From contig CAKKNE010000001.1 of the NCBI GenBank assembly GCA_918797485.1, positions 1,488,001-1,552,000 of the forward strand: 64,000 nucleotides of DNA, given 5' to 3'. The notes under the pieces are model-generated. The model saw only the letters and a list, made by a program, of their open reading frames with translations, made no database searches and was not told the DNA's origin. Of this stretch, positions 12,258 to 22,097 are shown in pieces (position 1 is the stretch's first letter; every line of letters begins with the position of its first letter). The DNA comes from Pelagomonas calceolata (taxonomy: Eukaryota). The position numbers and the translations under genes are program-made.

Positions 12258-14046
12258 GTCTAGTGCCTAAACACCACCATCAAGAGACTCGGTGTCGCGT
12301 CGACGGCGTATCGAACGGTGTCTCCGGGGAGTGAGAGTCTTGAACTAGCCCCGTACTGGACATCACTGCAGACTCAGTGCAGTACAGTCGGTCGCGAAGT
12401 TGTTCGCTGCGCTCAGTAGCGGCTGCCCATTGCGGCTTCTGCAGACTCTGGGGCAGGGCAGCAGCAATCCTTGGTCCCACTGCCAAGACAACTAACAACT
12501 GGCCGAGCGCCACGCCGAGGAGGCCCAGTGCGAGGCCGAGGACGCGCCCGCTGGTGCAGCCGACGCGACAGAGATCATGAGCCCAGGAGAGGTGGTCGTG
12601 GAGGGCGTCGTCGTAGAGCAGCCGGCAGAGCAGGAAGCGGTGCGAGCAACAACTGCCGGCGAGGTCTTCTGCATCTCCGAGCAGACCGTGTCGGTGACGC
12701 CGGGCAAACTCGGGCTCACCTTCGAGTGTGAGCGGCCACTCGTCGTCACCCGGGTCGCCACGGGGTCACCGTTATTCGGCAGGGTCCATGCGGGCGCTAA
12801 GCTCGTGGCGGTGGACGGCGTGGGCGCCACGCCCTATAACATTCATGACGTCAAGGGGGGCATCTTCACGAAGGGCCAGAAGGGCCTGTTGGACGCGACG
12901 AAGGCCAAGACGCTCATCTTCCAGAGAAACGACCTGAGCGGCGTCAAGTACGTGGGCAGGGAGGGCATCGAGGGTCGCCTGATGTCCACGGACGCGGTCG
13001 TGGACGTCCTCGCCATGGACCGCGGGCTCTTCGACGCCGCCAACGCGGCCAAGGCGCGCACGCACTGGGGCGAGCCCGGGAACCTCGCACTGGTCGACGG
13101 AGCTAGTAATCCGGTGGAGGTTTGCTGCGTCCCGCCGTTGTGTACCTTTGTATCTGTTATGGTATATACCTATGTGGCTGTTATTTATTGCCTTGCTCCA
13201 CTCTGGTGTGAGTGTTGGTGCTGCTGCTGCTGCCGCAAGAGCACACCGCACGAAGACATGGCATTTCCCGACTGGGCCGATAGGGCCCTGGTGTTCACGG
13301 ACAAGGGCGTGGTCGGCCGCCGGGAATTTACTGGGGAGGTCAACGCCATCACGTGGGACGGCTTCAGGATCGAGGACGTTCGGATCCGGACCTTCGACGC
13401 CCCGTGCCTGTGCACGAGCCCGCATTACGCGCTCTGCTGCGTCGAGGGCCGCGACCCGAGGTTCGACCCGGACCCATTAGTCCTTTCGTGCTACTTCGGA
13501 TTCTTAGTCCCCTGCTGTCGCTGCGCGTTGTGCCGGCCCGAGGCGCCGGGCCTCTATCGCGCGACCATCTCGAGCATCCACAAGACACAAGACGGTCGCC
13601 ACGAACACACCACGGCTAGGATCGAGGTCCTCGCGCTCGCCCGCTCGCCGGACGACCTGAGGAGTTCGCTCCGCGCGGCCAAAGAGAAGTACGGCGCCCC
13701 GACGGCGGCCGTCCCGACGGCGCCGCCGCCGCCGCCCAAGACGCATACCTGCCGCAACTGTGGAGCAACATTCCGGGGCAGGAACGCCCTGTTCCGGCAC
13801 CTGCGCGACGAGCGGTGCGGACAGGTGCCGCGCGCCAGCGCGCCGCCGCCGCCGCCGCCGCCTCCACCGCCGTGAGGCGCGTCGGCGGCGTCGAGAGGGC
13901 TTGTGCGTGCACGAAGGACAGCACCCATGCACACTCGAGACGTCGACACACTCGATGCGACGGACCTCTCGGACGCGGCGCTCGCCGAGAAGCTCCAGTC
14001 GAAGTTCTAGGTCTAGGGCCTAAACACCACCATCAAGAGACTCGGT
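12210..14046 (+). repeat. 84-bp direct repeat (12210-12293, 13963-14046) bracketing a 1669-bp gene-containing segment
   Basis: GACCTCTCGGACGCGG...GTTCTAGGTCTAG(T/G)GCCTAAACACCACCATCAAGAGACTCGGT, 83/84 identical. Confidence 0.95.
12577..13875 (+). CDS. Hypothetical protein: PDZ-like region, Cys-rich membrane segment, C2H2 zinc finger, poly-Pro tail
   Basis: PGKLGLTF..V..GSPL.G.V..G.KLVAVDG; CWCCCCC; CRNCGATFRGRNALFRHL. Confidence 0.75.
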   Translation: MSPGEVVVEGVVVEQPAEQEAVRATTAGEVFCISEQTVSVTPGKLGLTFECERPLVVTRVATGSPLFGRVHAGAKLVAVDGVGATPYNIHDVKGGIFTKGQKGLLDATKAKTLIFQRNDLSGVKYVGREGIEGRLMSTDAVVDVLAMDRGLFDAANAAKARTHWGEPGNLALVDGASNPVEVCCVPPLCTFVSVMVYTYVAVIYCLAPLWCECWCCCCCRKSTPHEDMAFPDWADRALVFTDKGVVGRREFTGEVNAITWDGFRIEDVRIRTFDAPCLCTSPHYALCCVEGRDPRFDPDPLVLSCYFGFLVPCCRCALCRPEAPGLYRATISSIHKTQDGRHEHTTARIEVLALARSPDDLRSSLRAAKEKYGAPTAAVPTAPPPPPKTHTCRNCGATFRGRNALFRHLRDERCGQVPRASAPPPPPPPPPP

Positions 14047-14088
14047 TACTATTCGTGATAGTCATGGCACAGGGGGAGAGACCACTAC

Positions 14089-14774
14089 TCAGCGCCGCGG
14101 CTTCTTCTTCTTGCCCGACATCGGGTGCTGGTCGTGGAACTTGAGCAGCTGCCGGTCCTTCTCGCGCTTGCGCTTCGACGCCTCGGAGACGCCGGCGTCG
14201 GAGAGCTTGCGGCGCTCCGCGTCGAGGTACGTCTTGAGGCGCTCGAGCTTCTGCAGGTTCGACGGCGCGGTCATGGTCTCGTTGACGACGTCGAGGACGA
14301 GCCAGTCGATCTGGCGGCCGTCGTCGTCGCCGCGGCGCGTCACGAAGCCGGCGGCCTGGAGGACTTTCTCGGGCTTGCGCGCGCCGGCGAGCTTCTTGAG
14401 GAGCGTTGCTTTCTTGATGACGCTGTACTTCGGGTTGTCCGGCGATTGGCGGATGTGCCGGCACACGTTCAGGAGCTCGACACAGATCTCGTCCGCCTTG
14501 GCCCCGCCGAGGGGCTTGAGCAAATCTTCGGCCGACCGCGCGACCTCGTTGATTTTCTCGGCGTAGGCCTGCGTCGCATCGACGGCGTCCCGCGTACCAC
14601 GACGTCGAAGACGCCGCGTCAGACCTTCTGGGCCGGGGTCTTGCGGGTGAAGGAGCGGTGGCGGCGCGGCCCGCCCTGCGGCTGCGGCTTGGGCAGCGCC
14701 AACGGCACGCCGGCGCCCTGGCCCTTCCGGCTTTTGGCCTCGAGGTGGAGCTGCTTGAGGGCGCTGTTGGACAT
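14089..14774 (-). CDS. PUB-domain-like protein; exons 14774-14625, 14568-14089
   Basis: LLNVCRHIRQSPDNPKYSVIK...VLQAAGF resembles the PUB consensus; 56-bp intron restores frame. Confidence 0.65.
14569..14624 (-). mobile_element. Degenerate introner-type intron, GT-AG, 56 bp
   Basis: GTCTGACGC vs GCCTACGC TSD-like; core ACGCCGTCGATGCG. Confidence 0.55.
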
Positions 14775-15062
14775 GGCGCTGGCTGAGAGGCTTTGCTCGG
14801 AGCGATTGCGTCGCAAGCCGACGAGGAGGCAGGAGCTCTGAGCCTGGTGACCTGGGCTTCTGTAGGGCGCGTGGCCGCCCGACGGTGCCTGGAAACGCTC
14901 GGCGGTGAGCGTTGGAGGTCGCAGCTGTGCCGAATGACACGCGCGGAGTCTCAGCACGACCTGTGTGCCGCGGACAGGCTGGGCCTGCCTGAGAGCACCC
15001 CTAGATGTGACACACTAGGACAACCGCAAACTACTCGTAAATCGCGTCGAGAGGGACGGACC

Positions 15063-15556
15063 ATGGCGGAACACAACGACCATGGCTTCATGGCGACGAA
15101 GGAGAACGCCGCGCCGCTCAAACAAGCTACGATCGACCGCGCGTTGGCCATGAATGAAAAGTCTGTCAGTTTGCCGCGCGATTTAAACAAGACGCGGGCG
15201 CGGCGTGCCGCGCGCCTCGAGAGCCACCTGCCCGTGGGCAGACAGAGCGGACGTCGCGCCCGGACAGCGCCGGACCGGCGCCAGCGCCGGACGTAACGGT
15301 CGCCCGCGGACGCCGGACGCGCGAGCCGCGAGGCTCAGCACTGAGCAGGAGCTGACGGTCACGCCCCTCGCAGGGCAAGAAGGCCCTGCTCGGCTACGCC
15401 AAGTCGCGCTTCTCCATCCACTGCGAGTGCTACGCCTACCGCGGCAACTACCAGGGTGACGGCGTCGGCCCCGGGATGCCGCTCCACTGCCTCAACCGCG
15501 AGCAGCTCGCGGTCCGCCTCAAGGAGTGGAAGACGACCACGGGCGACGACTCCTAG
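15063..15556 (+). CDS. Small hypothetical protein (about 94 aa); exons 15063-15164, 15374-15556
   Basis: GTCAGT donor at 15165, CTGAC branch site, CGCAG acceptor at 15373; second exon has strong high-GC3 coding bias ending in TAG. Confidence 0.65.
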
Positions 15557-15599
15557 GCGACGCGCGCGCCGCTGGATAAAACACAACCAACAACATTAC

Positions 15600-18284
15600 T
15601 CACTCCGCGTTCTCGAAGTCCCCGCCGCACTTGATGTCCTTCCCCCCATTATCCGTGTCCTTGGCGCAGCACGCTCCAAAAATCTTCTTGCAGGGCTTGT
15701 CGTGCGTCTCGCGCCGTTTTTTGTCGGTTAACGTTTCGTAGCCCTCGCGGAAGACGCGGGACATGGTCTCGAGGTGGTCCGCTTGTGGTCTTGCATGTCC
15801 ATGTAAGATCTGCGCGTCGTCCAAGAGCAAATCGCCCGCATGGAGTAACTCGTCGGCTCGATTCGTATCATCGATTGCTTCCTCAAGAGCCTTCCTAGAA
15901 CCGCGCAGTGTAAACGGGATGGGGGGGAATAAGATCGCGGCGTCGCGGACCGCGTCCGCCGGCGACAGCCGCTTCTGCGAGACGAAGGAGCCGGCTTCTA
16001 CAAAAGCCGAAGAAACAGCATCCCTCAAACTTTTCAGTCGGTACTCGGCGTCGTACAACGCCTCCGTCGCGACGCGCCGAGCCCCTCGGGCGTGCGCGAG
16101 AGCTCGTCGCGCGTGCAAGTGCGTTTCTCGCGAAGCTCGTAGCGTCTCATTCAGCTCCGTTAAATTCCTCAGCGTCTCCGCCAGCATGCCCGCCACCGGC
16201 GCCATGCCAGCCAGGTAGGCATCGACCAACGTGTCGTTGTCCGCGTCCCGCAGCGTCGCCAGCGACAGGTAGTAGTCGTAGCCGAAGGGCGACGTCATCT
16301 GGAACCGGCGGCTGTGTGGAAACCAACCAGTGAGTTAGGTTAACGCCATCATGGAGACAACATCGCGTCGATGGCGTGGGATCGCCACGCCATCGCGCAG
16401 ACGCAGCTACAGAAGCACGGCGTGATCGCGCGAGATTTGATTTCCACACAGGCAAGCGCCGTTCGGCCCTCGCTAATGAAGTAGCAATAAATTCGGCCAT
16501 GTGCGGCCCGCACCCGGGCGGGTAGGGGTGCACCCGCCCGCAGAACGCCTCGCCCGCCCGGAGCTCCCGCGGCACGCACCCAACGGTCCAATTTTCTGCC
16601 GTCAGCGGATCACTAGGGTCCAAGCCATCCGGGCCCGGTCGGCCGTCACACGGCGGGAACTCCGAATCATAAAAGGGCATCTTGTACTTGAGTTCGGACA
16701 CCGTAAACTCCTGCACGAAGCGCGGCTCGCGTGCCGTGCGAGGCCCGCTCTCACAACTTATCCTCTGCGCCTCCGTCAGGCCTCGATCCTGCTCCAGCGC
16801 AGCACAGAACGTCTCGTGCAGGTTCGCGCGCACGTGCATCTTCGTGTATTTGGGCTGGAGGTACTTTTCGCGCTTGCAGTAGTCGTAGACCGCGTCGCCT
16901 GGCAACTGATAGGGCGACATCTCGACTCTCCCTTTCTCCTTGCCATCTTCGTGCACCGGGAAGAAGAACGAGATGGGGTCTCCTCTTTCACACTCGACGA
17001 AGCCATCGTTACAGGCGGCATGCAGCAACGCGTACCGCTGCTCGATATCAAGATCATATCTACGAGCATAGTCAAAGGCATTGTCCGTCGCCTCCTCGCC
17101 CTCCCAGACTTCGAAATTCGGCCAGTAGGCCATCTCCGGCACGCCCAGGATGTCCGCTGGAGACCGAGAAAACACCCTAGCTTTCGTTCTCGTACACGAG
17201 ACACCTTCCTGCGTACATAGATAAGCTAGTAAACTCTCGCGAAACTCTTTGGAGGACAGCCCGTGCTGCTTCCCAAAAAAATAGGCCGCGTCGACGCCCT
17301 CGTCGCCTGCGCGGTTTCGGAGATGGTGACGCGTCACTCGCGTCGCGTCGATGGCGTACGCCCGACCCCCACGCCATCGCCGCGACGCGTCACTCGTCGA
17401 TGGCGTATGAGCGCGGACGGCGCGTCGACGGCGCCCGCCCCCCACGCCGTCGCCGCATGGCGAGTCACGTATGAGTGATTTCGACACCGCTCGGCGCCCT
17501 CGAACATCCGCACCACGCCCCTCGGTTTGTCACTGCCGTCCACCGTGATCGGTAATTCTGGGAGAGGCTTCCGCCGACCTTCACACGACAATCCTGGTAG
17601 AGAACAGACATGATCTACTAAAGCTTTGCGGAACCAGCCATTGGGCACCCGCATCGGTTCGGATAAGGTATGGTTATCCAGCAACCAGTCGAGCTCCGAG
17701 ATCTGTTTCAAAGCTTTATCTCTTTCTGAACGTCTACGAGCGACGTGCTCCGTCTCCACCACAAGCTCCACATTCCGCGTCCTATTCTTCTCCCAGCGCT
17801 CGTGCTCCGCGTCCCATTTCGTGCGATTCTTGAGAATTTCCTTCTCCGCTTGCAACAAGAAGTACTCGACGGCCTTCGTGGGGTCCTCGTCCTCCCAGAC
17901 CTCGAGCTTGCCGGGGTAGCTTCGATCTTGATCCGGGGCTTGAATCGACTCTTCATAGTAGAGAGCTCGTGTCCTCCAACAGACCGGTAACTTCTCCAGT
18001 AAGTCTTTGTCGGCCTCCAACGTGCGTTCACAGACCTTCGCGGCGAGCATCTTCCGGAACCAACTCGGTAACTCGTTTTTCGCACAATACGCGGCGACGG
18101 CGTCGACGGCCGCGTCCTTCTCATAAAATTCTAAATCACCCAGTTGTCTCCCATCATCAGTGGCGATGGGGAACGCTACCAATAACTCGCCTTTCGGTTG
18201 GTCGCGGCTGAGGATGTCGACCACGGAAGCCCTGGTGAGTGCTATGATGGCTGCCCATAGGGCGCACAGCAGGGACCGCCGCAT
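15600..18284 (-). CDS. Secreted protein with repeated L.V.EG.E..D.V..F modules and a C-terminal split J-domain-like region; exons 18284-17498, 17306-16460, 16311-15600
   Basis: Signal peptide MRRSLLCALWAAIIAL; repeats LEFYEKD/LEVWEDE/FEVWEGE; DYYLSL...RDA...AY and FREGYETLTD.KRR..HD. Confidence 0.75.
16312..16459 (-). mobile_element. Introner intron, GC-AG, 148 bp
   Basis: Near-perfect TIRs CTGTGTGGAAATCAA / TTGGTTTCCACACAG, CCTAACTCAC branch site, core motif; GC donor exactly 8 nt before TIR. Confidence 0.92.
17307..17497 (-). mobile_element. Introner intron, GC-AG, 191 bp, with several core-motif copies
   Basis: TSD GCGCCGAG / GCGACGAG (7/8); left end CGGTGTCGAAATCA; restores MFEG|DEGVDAA. 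Confidence 0.88.
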
Positions 18285-18400
18285 GTCGGGCAGCCCCCGG
18301 GCCCTTCCGAAGTTGTCCCTGGCGAGCGCTGCGGTCGCGTCGCGCCCCGGGAGGCAGGCTTCGGCTTGCTTTTGGGCGCTCGACGCTTTAGCTAGCGGCA

Positions 18401-18413
18401 TGTAAGACACTAG
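18401..18413 (+). promoter_or_regulatory. TGTAAGACACTAG recurrent upstream motif
   Basis: Same 13-mer at 21841-21853 and, reversed, at 29252-29264; lies between divergent genes. Confidence 0.6.
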
Positions 18414-18680
18414 CAAGCCGGCGCCGCAACCAATTGCGAAACAAGTGCCGCAAGGGCGCAAGTACTGCCTCCGCGCGCCGGTTTTCGGTTTGCGGCATCA
18501 CCCCGTGCGCGTGGCAACGCGTGGGCACGAGCGCGCTGCGCCAGCACGTAGTTGGTCGGGAGAGCCCAATCTCTGTGCTGCTCGCGTCGGCATACTGGTG
18601 GCTTGCGTGCACGCAGTGCTCCCTCGCGCGCGTAGACAGGCCCGACAGACGCTGCCGACGCGAGTCCCGCCGAAGAAACA

Positions 18681-20549
18681 ATGGCTACGGTACGCGTCGA
18701 CGTCACGTTCACCGAGCAGCGCCTCCGCGTGCAGCTCAACCTGCAGCAGGTCCAGGGGTCGGTGCAGGTCGACCGCGTCGAGCCGCAGAGCGCGGCGCAC
18801 GGCCGCGTCACGGCAGGCGCGACGCTGGTCGCGGTCAACGGCACGCCGATACGACCGTTAATGGGCAGGCAGGCCTGGGTCGCCTTCTGCGAGCGGGTCA
18901 GGGAGACGCCGCGGCCGATGACGTTGACCTTCGAGCAGCCGGCGCCGGCCGGCACGGTCGCGGTGCCGCCGGCCGCCGCGCCCGCCGCCGCCGCGTCGAC
19001 CACCGAGGAGGAGGAGGAAGAGCCGGCCCTCGTGTGCGTGCCGCGGAAGAAGCCGGCACCACCACCCGCGCCTGCGCCTGCGCCGGCGCCGGCACCATCG
19101 CCCAAGGCGAAGGCGCCCGCGCCGGCGCCCGCCGCGCCCGTGGCGCCGCCCGCGCCGGCACCTGCGCCGCCCGCGCCGGCACCTGCGCCCGCGCCGCCGC
19201 CGCCCGCACCGCACCCTTTCGCCGCCGCGCCGGCGACGGCCGCGCCGCCCGGGATCCAGCGCTTTAAATTACCCGCCGATGCCGTCCTGGTGTACAACCT
19301 CGAGGTCTGGAACGAAAAGGGGTCGGCCTGGGCGCAGCCGTGGGCCCGCGCGCCTGCCTCAGGCGAGTCCGTTGTGCTCGGCTGCGCGTGGGAGCCGCAC
19401 GTCGATGCGGCGCTGCCCTGGCAGGTGTACTGGAAGACGGGCGGCCACCGCCAGACGCAGCGCATGGCGACGGCCGACGTCCGCGTCTGGTCCGCGCCCG
19501 CGCCCGCGCCGGCGCCGGCGCCGTCGGCGCCCGAAGCGCCCGCGGCGCCGCCGTCGAAGGCGAAGCGACGGCGCACCATCGCCGCCGAGTCCGACGACGA
19601 CGACGCCGCGCCGCCGGCGGCCGCCCCGGAGTACAAGGGCGTGACGGAGACTAGGCCGGGATCGTTCCAAGCGAAAATATACGACAAGGGGCCGCACCAC
19701 CTCGGCATGTTCCCGACCGCGCTCGCGGCGGCGCGCGCCTACGACCGCGAGGCCCGGCTGCGGGACAAGGAGCCCAACCGGCGGGACGTCTGCGACTACT
19801 GCGAGCGGGCGACCGTCGACGCGGACGGCGACGCGCTCGCCGACGTGCTCGTGTGCGAAGAGTGCGAGGCCGAGGCGCATTTGGGATGTGCGAATTTAGG
19901 AGAGGTGCCGGCGGACGACTGGCGCTGCGCGCAGTGCGTTGAGAAGGCGCGCTCGTCGCCGCGGGCCGCGCCGCCGGCCGCCGAGCGGGCGCCGTCGCCG
20001 CGGCCCGCGCCCGCGCCGGCGCCCGCCTCCGACAGCAGCAGCGACGACGACGACATCAACGCGCTGCGCGCCAAGGCCGCGAAGCCGCCGGCAAAAAAGA
20101 AGCGGAGCGACCCCCTCGCCGATCTACTAGCCGACGAGAAGCCGAAGAAGAAGAAGAAATCTAGGCAGAGGAGCGACGAGTCGACGCCGTCGTTCGACGA
20201 CGTGGGTGGGATGGCGCTCGGGCGGTCGACCAACGGCTACGCTTCCTTAGGAGCCGTGCGCAGCGCCTTCGCGGCGGGGCGCTACGGCGCGCAGAACACG
20301 GAGTTCTTACAACGCTTCGACGCGTGGTTACAACGCGAGGCGCTGCCGGAGCGGGTCGCGGAGTTTTCGGCACAAGCGCACGCGGCGGCGGAGGCCTGGC
20401 GCCAGGGCCGCGACTACCTCCTGGCGCGCGACCTTTGTTCTGATGCGGCGGCGGCGGATCTGCGGCGCGTGGCGGCGCTGGGCGACGGCGCGGCGGGGGC
20501 GGAGTTCCTCCTCGCGTTCGCGCACTACAACGCGCTCGACGCTTCGTGA
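18681..20549 (+). CDS. Chromatin/transcription regulator: PDZ-like + Pro-rich + AP2/ERF + PHD finger
   Basis: YKGV...FQAKI...HLGMFPTALAAARAYDREAR (AP2); CDYC...CEEC...HLGC...VPADDWRCAQC (PHD). Confidence 0.85.
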   Translation: MATVRVDVTFTEQRLRVQLNLQQVQGSVQVDRVEPQSAAHGRVTAGATLVAVNGTPIRPLMGRQAWVAFCERVRETPRPMTLTFEQPAPAGTVAVPPAAAPAAAASTTEEEEEEPALVCVPRKKPAPPPAPAPAPAPAPSPKAKAPAPAPAAPVAPPAPAPAPPAPAPAPAPPPPAPHPFAAAPATAAPPGIQRFKLPADAVLVYNLEVWNEKGSAWAQPWARAPASGESVVLGCAWEPHVDAALPWQVYWKTGGHRQTQRMATADVRVWSAPAPAPAPAPSAPEAPAAPPSKAKRRRTIAAESDDDDAAPPAAAPEYKGVTETRPGSFQAKIYDKGPHHLGMFPTALAAARAYDREARLRDKEPNRRDVCDYCERATVDADGDALADVLVCEECEAEAHLGCANLGEVPADDWRCAQCVEKARSSPRAAPPAAERAPSPRPAPAPAPASDSSSDDDDINALRAKAAKPPAKKKRSDPLADLLADEKPKKKKKSRQRSDESTPSFDDVGGMALGRSTNGYASLGAVRSAFAAGRYGAQNTEFLQRFDAWLQREALPERVAEFSAQAHAAAEAWRQGRDYLLARDLCSDAAAADLRRVAALGDGAAGAEFLLAFAHYNALDAS

Positions 20550-20644
20550 GTAGGTAGTTAATAATTGTGGTGTTAACGGTGTCTGCAGCGGCGAGGCGAT
20601 GGCGCGGAAGGTCAGTGAATGTGATAATTTAAAGGCTGTTGCTT

Positions 20645-21748
20645 CTACCACGCCCCGGCATCGGCGAGAGCCAAAGGGGTTGGTCCCATCTCGCGCACGC
20701 CCCGACGCCGGTTGTCGGCGAGCCCATTGCCATTGTCAAACCAAGCAGTAGCATCGGCTGGGTGGGGCGCTCTCAACCAAGCAGCGTCGTGAGTCTGCTC
20801 GATCATATCGATAAAAAACTCACTCACTTCGATATGCGACCTCATCGTGACGAAAGCGCTGCCGTGAGCGAAGTTCACGTGAACATGTTTCAGGCGCAGT
20901 ACGCCAGAATCGTCGTGAAAAAGCTGGAGTGTGGGGTCGGCCATGGTGTGCTCGATCGCATAGGCTCCCACAGAGCCCAGGCGCCCGGCATCATATAAGT
21001 TTTCCAGCCGGCCGTAACCATAATCTTCAGGGAATTCCGTCAATAAATTATGTCTAAAGAAGGCCGTGTCAGAGGAATACGCCTGCAAGTTGCCATCGTC
21101 CTCGGGCAGAGCATAGCGGGCGTACCCATCCATTACTTCGACCGACCAGGTCAGCATGTCCGAAAAGAGCGTCACGCACCTCAGGGTCCGCATGTCGATG
21201 ACGTGGAGAGTCTGGGCGACGTGAACGCCCACGGCCTCCTCGCACTCCTCGGAACCCATCCTGTGCCATTCGGTGCCCTCAGGAAGCTTGACGTCGTCGA
21301 AACGTGTCTCGCTCGCGTCCGGCTCCCAGCGAACTCCCGCCGCGAGATCTGAATTCGGATCCCACTCCGCTTCGCCGGCAAAAGGCCCGACGCAGACGAT
21401 GAAAACGAGTCTGTCGGGGTCGGCATTCTCGCAGTCCCTTCTGTATAGGATCTTTTTCGATGCTTCGTTGCCGACGCAGCGCTCCGGGCGCCGGAGGATA
21501 TTCGTCCGCGCGTCCTTTCTCGTGTCGAACGCGCGGTAGAGTTGCCGCGCAGTAGCGCGCGGCCGAACCGAGCACAGCGCCGCGCCCTCGCGTGGCCAGC
21601 GCGCAACAAGACGTCCGCACCAAGCAAGGTCGTCTTTTTTCAGCAGGTCGCGCTGCGCGCGCGATGAAACCGCAAGTGGTCCGACGCAGTCCGGCGCGCA
21701 GAAGTCTACGACGTGCAAATTGATATCATCTGGTAGCGCGCCGAGCAT
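20645..21748 (-). CDS. F-box-like hypothetical protein
   Basis: LGALPDDINLHVVDF...LAVSSR...W at the N-terminus. Confidence 0.6.
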   Translation of the reverse strand: MLGALPDDINLHVVDFCAPDCVGPLAVSSRAQRDLLKKDDLAWCGRLVARWPREGAALCSVRPRATARQLYRAFDTRKDARTNILRRPERCVGNEASKKILYRRDCENADPDRLVFIVCVGPFAGEAEWDPNSDLAAGVRWEPDASETRFDDVKLPEGTEWHRMGSEECEEAVGVHVAQTLHVIDMRTLRCVTLFSDMLTWSVEVMDGYARYALPEDDGNLQAYSSDTAFFRHNLLTEFPEDYGYGRLENLYDAGRLGSVGAYAIEHTMADPTLQLFHDDSGVLRLKHVHVNFAHGSAFVTMRSHIEVSEFFIDMIEQTHDAAWLRAPHPADATAWFDNGNGLADNRRRGVREMGPTPLALADAGAW

Positions 21749-21840
21749 TGTTGTGCACAACTGCTGCTAATCAGGAGTCTAATTGCCCTCAGATGACCTC
21801 TCAAAGGCCAAAGTGCTTTGGACTCGGTGGGCATAGCGGC

Positions 21841-21853
21841 TGTAAGACACTAG
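21841..21853 (+). promoter_or_regulatory. TGTAAGACACTAG recurrent upstream motif
   Basis: Exact copy, in a divergent intergenic region. Confidence 0.6.
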
Positions 21854-22097
21854 AAAACCGGGGAGGACACGTCCACAAACCCATCGCTGCAGGAAGTTCG
21901 AAACGCCCTAGGGAGGACTCTTACGGACGCGTAGGCTCCAGGTGCCAACCCGCGCAAAGGCAGCGCTGCAAAGGAGAGGCCTGGACCTTAGCCGAGCCAT
22001 GGGGCGCACCTAGGCGCCCGCACCGGTCGCAAGCGCTCCCCAACAACCCCAGCGCAGCGCCCGTCGGGGCTGCCCAGCGCTGCCGCCCACAGACGCG

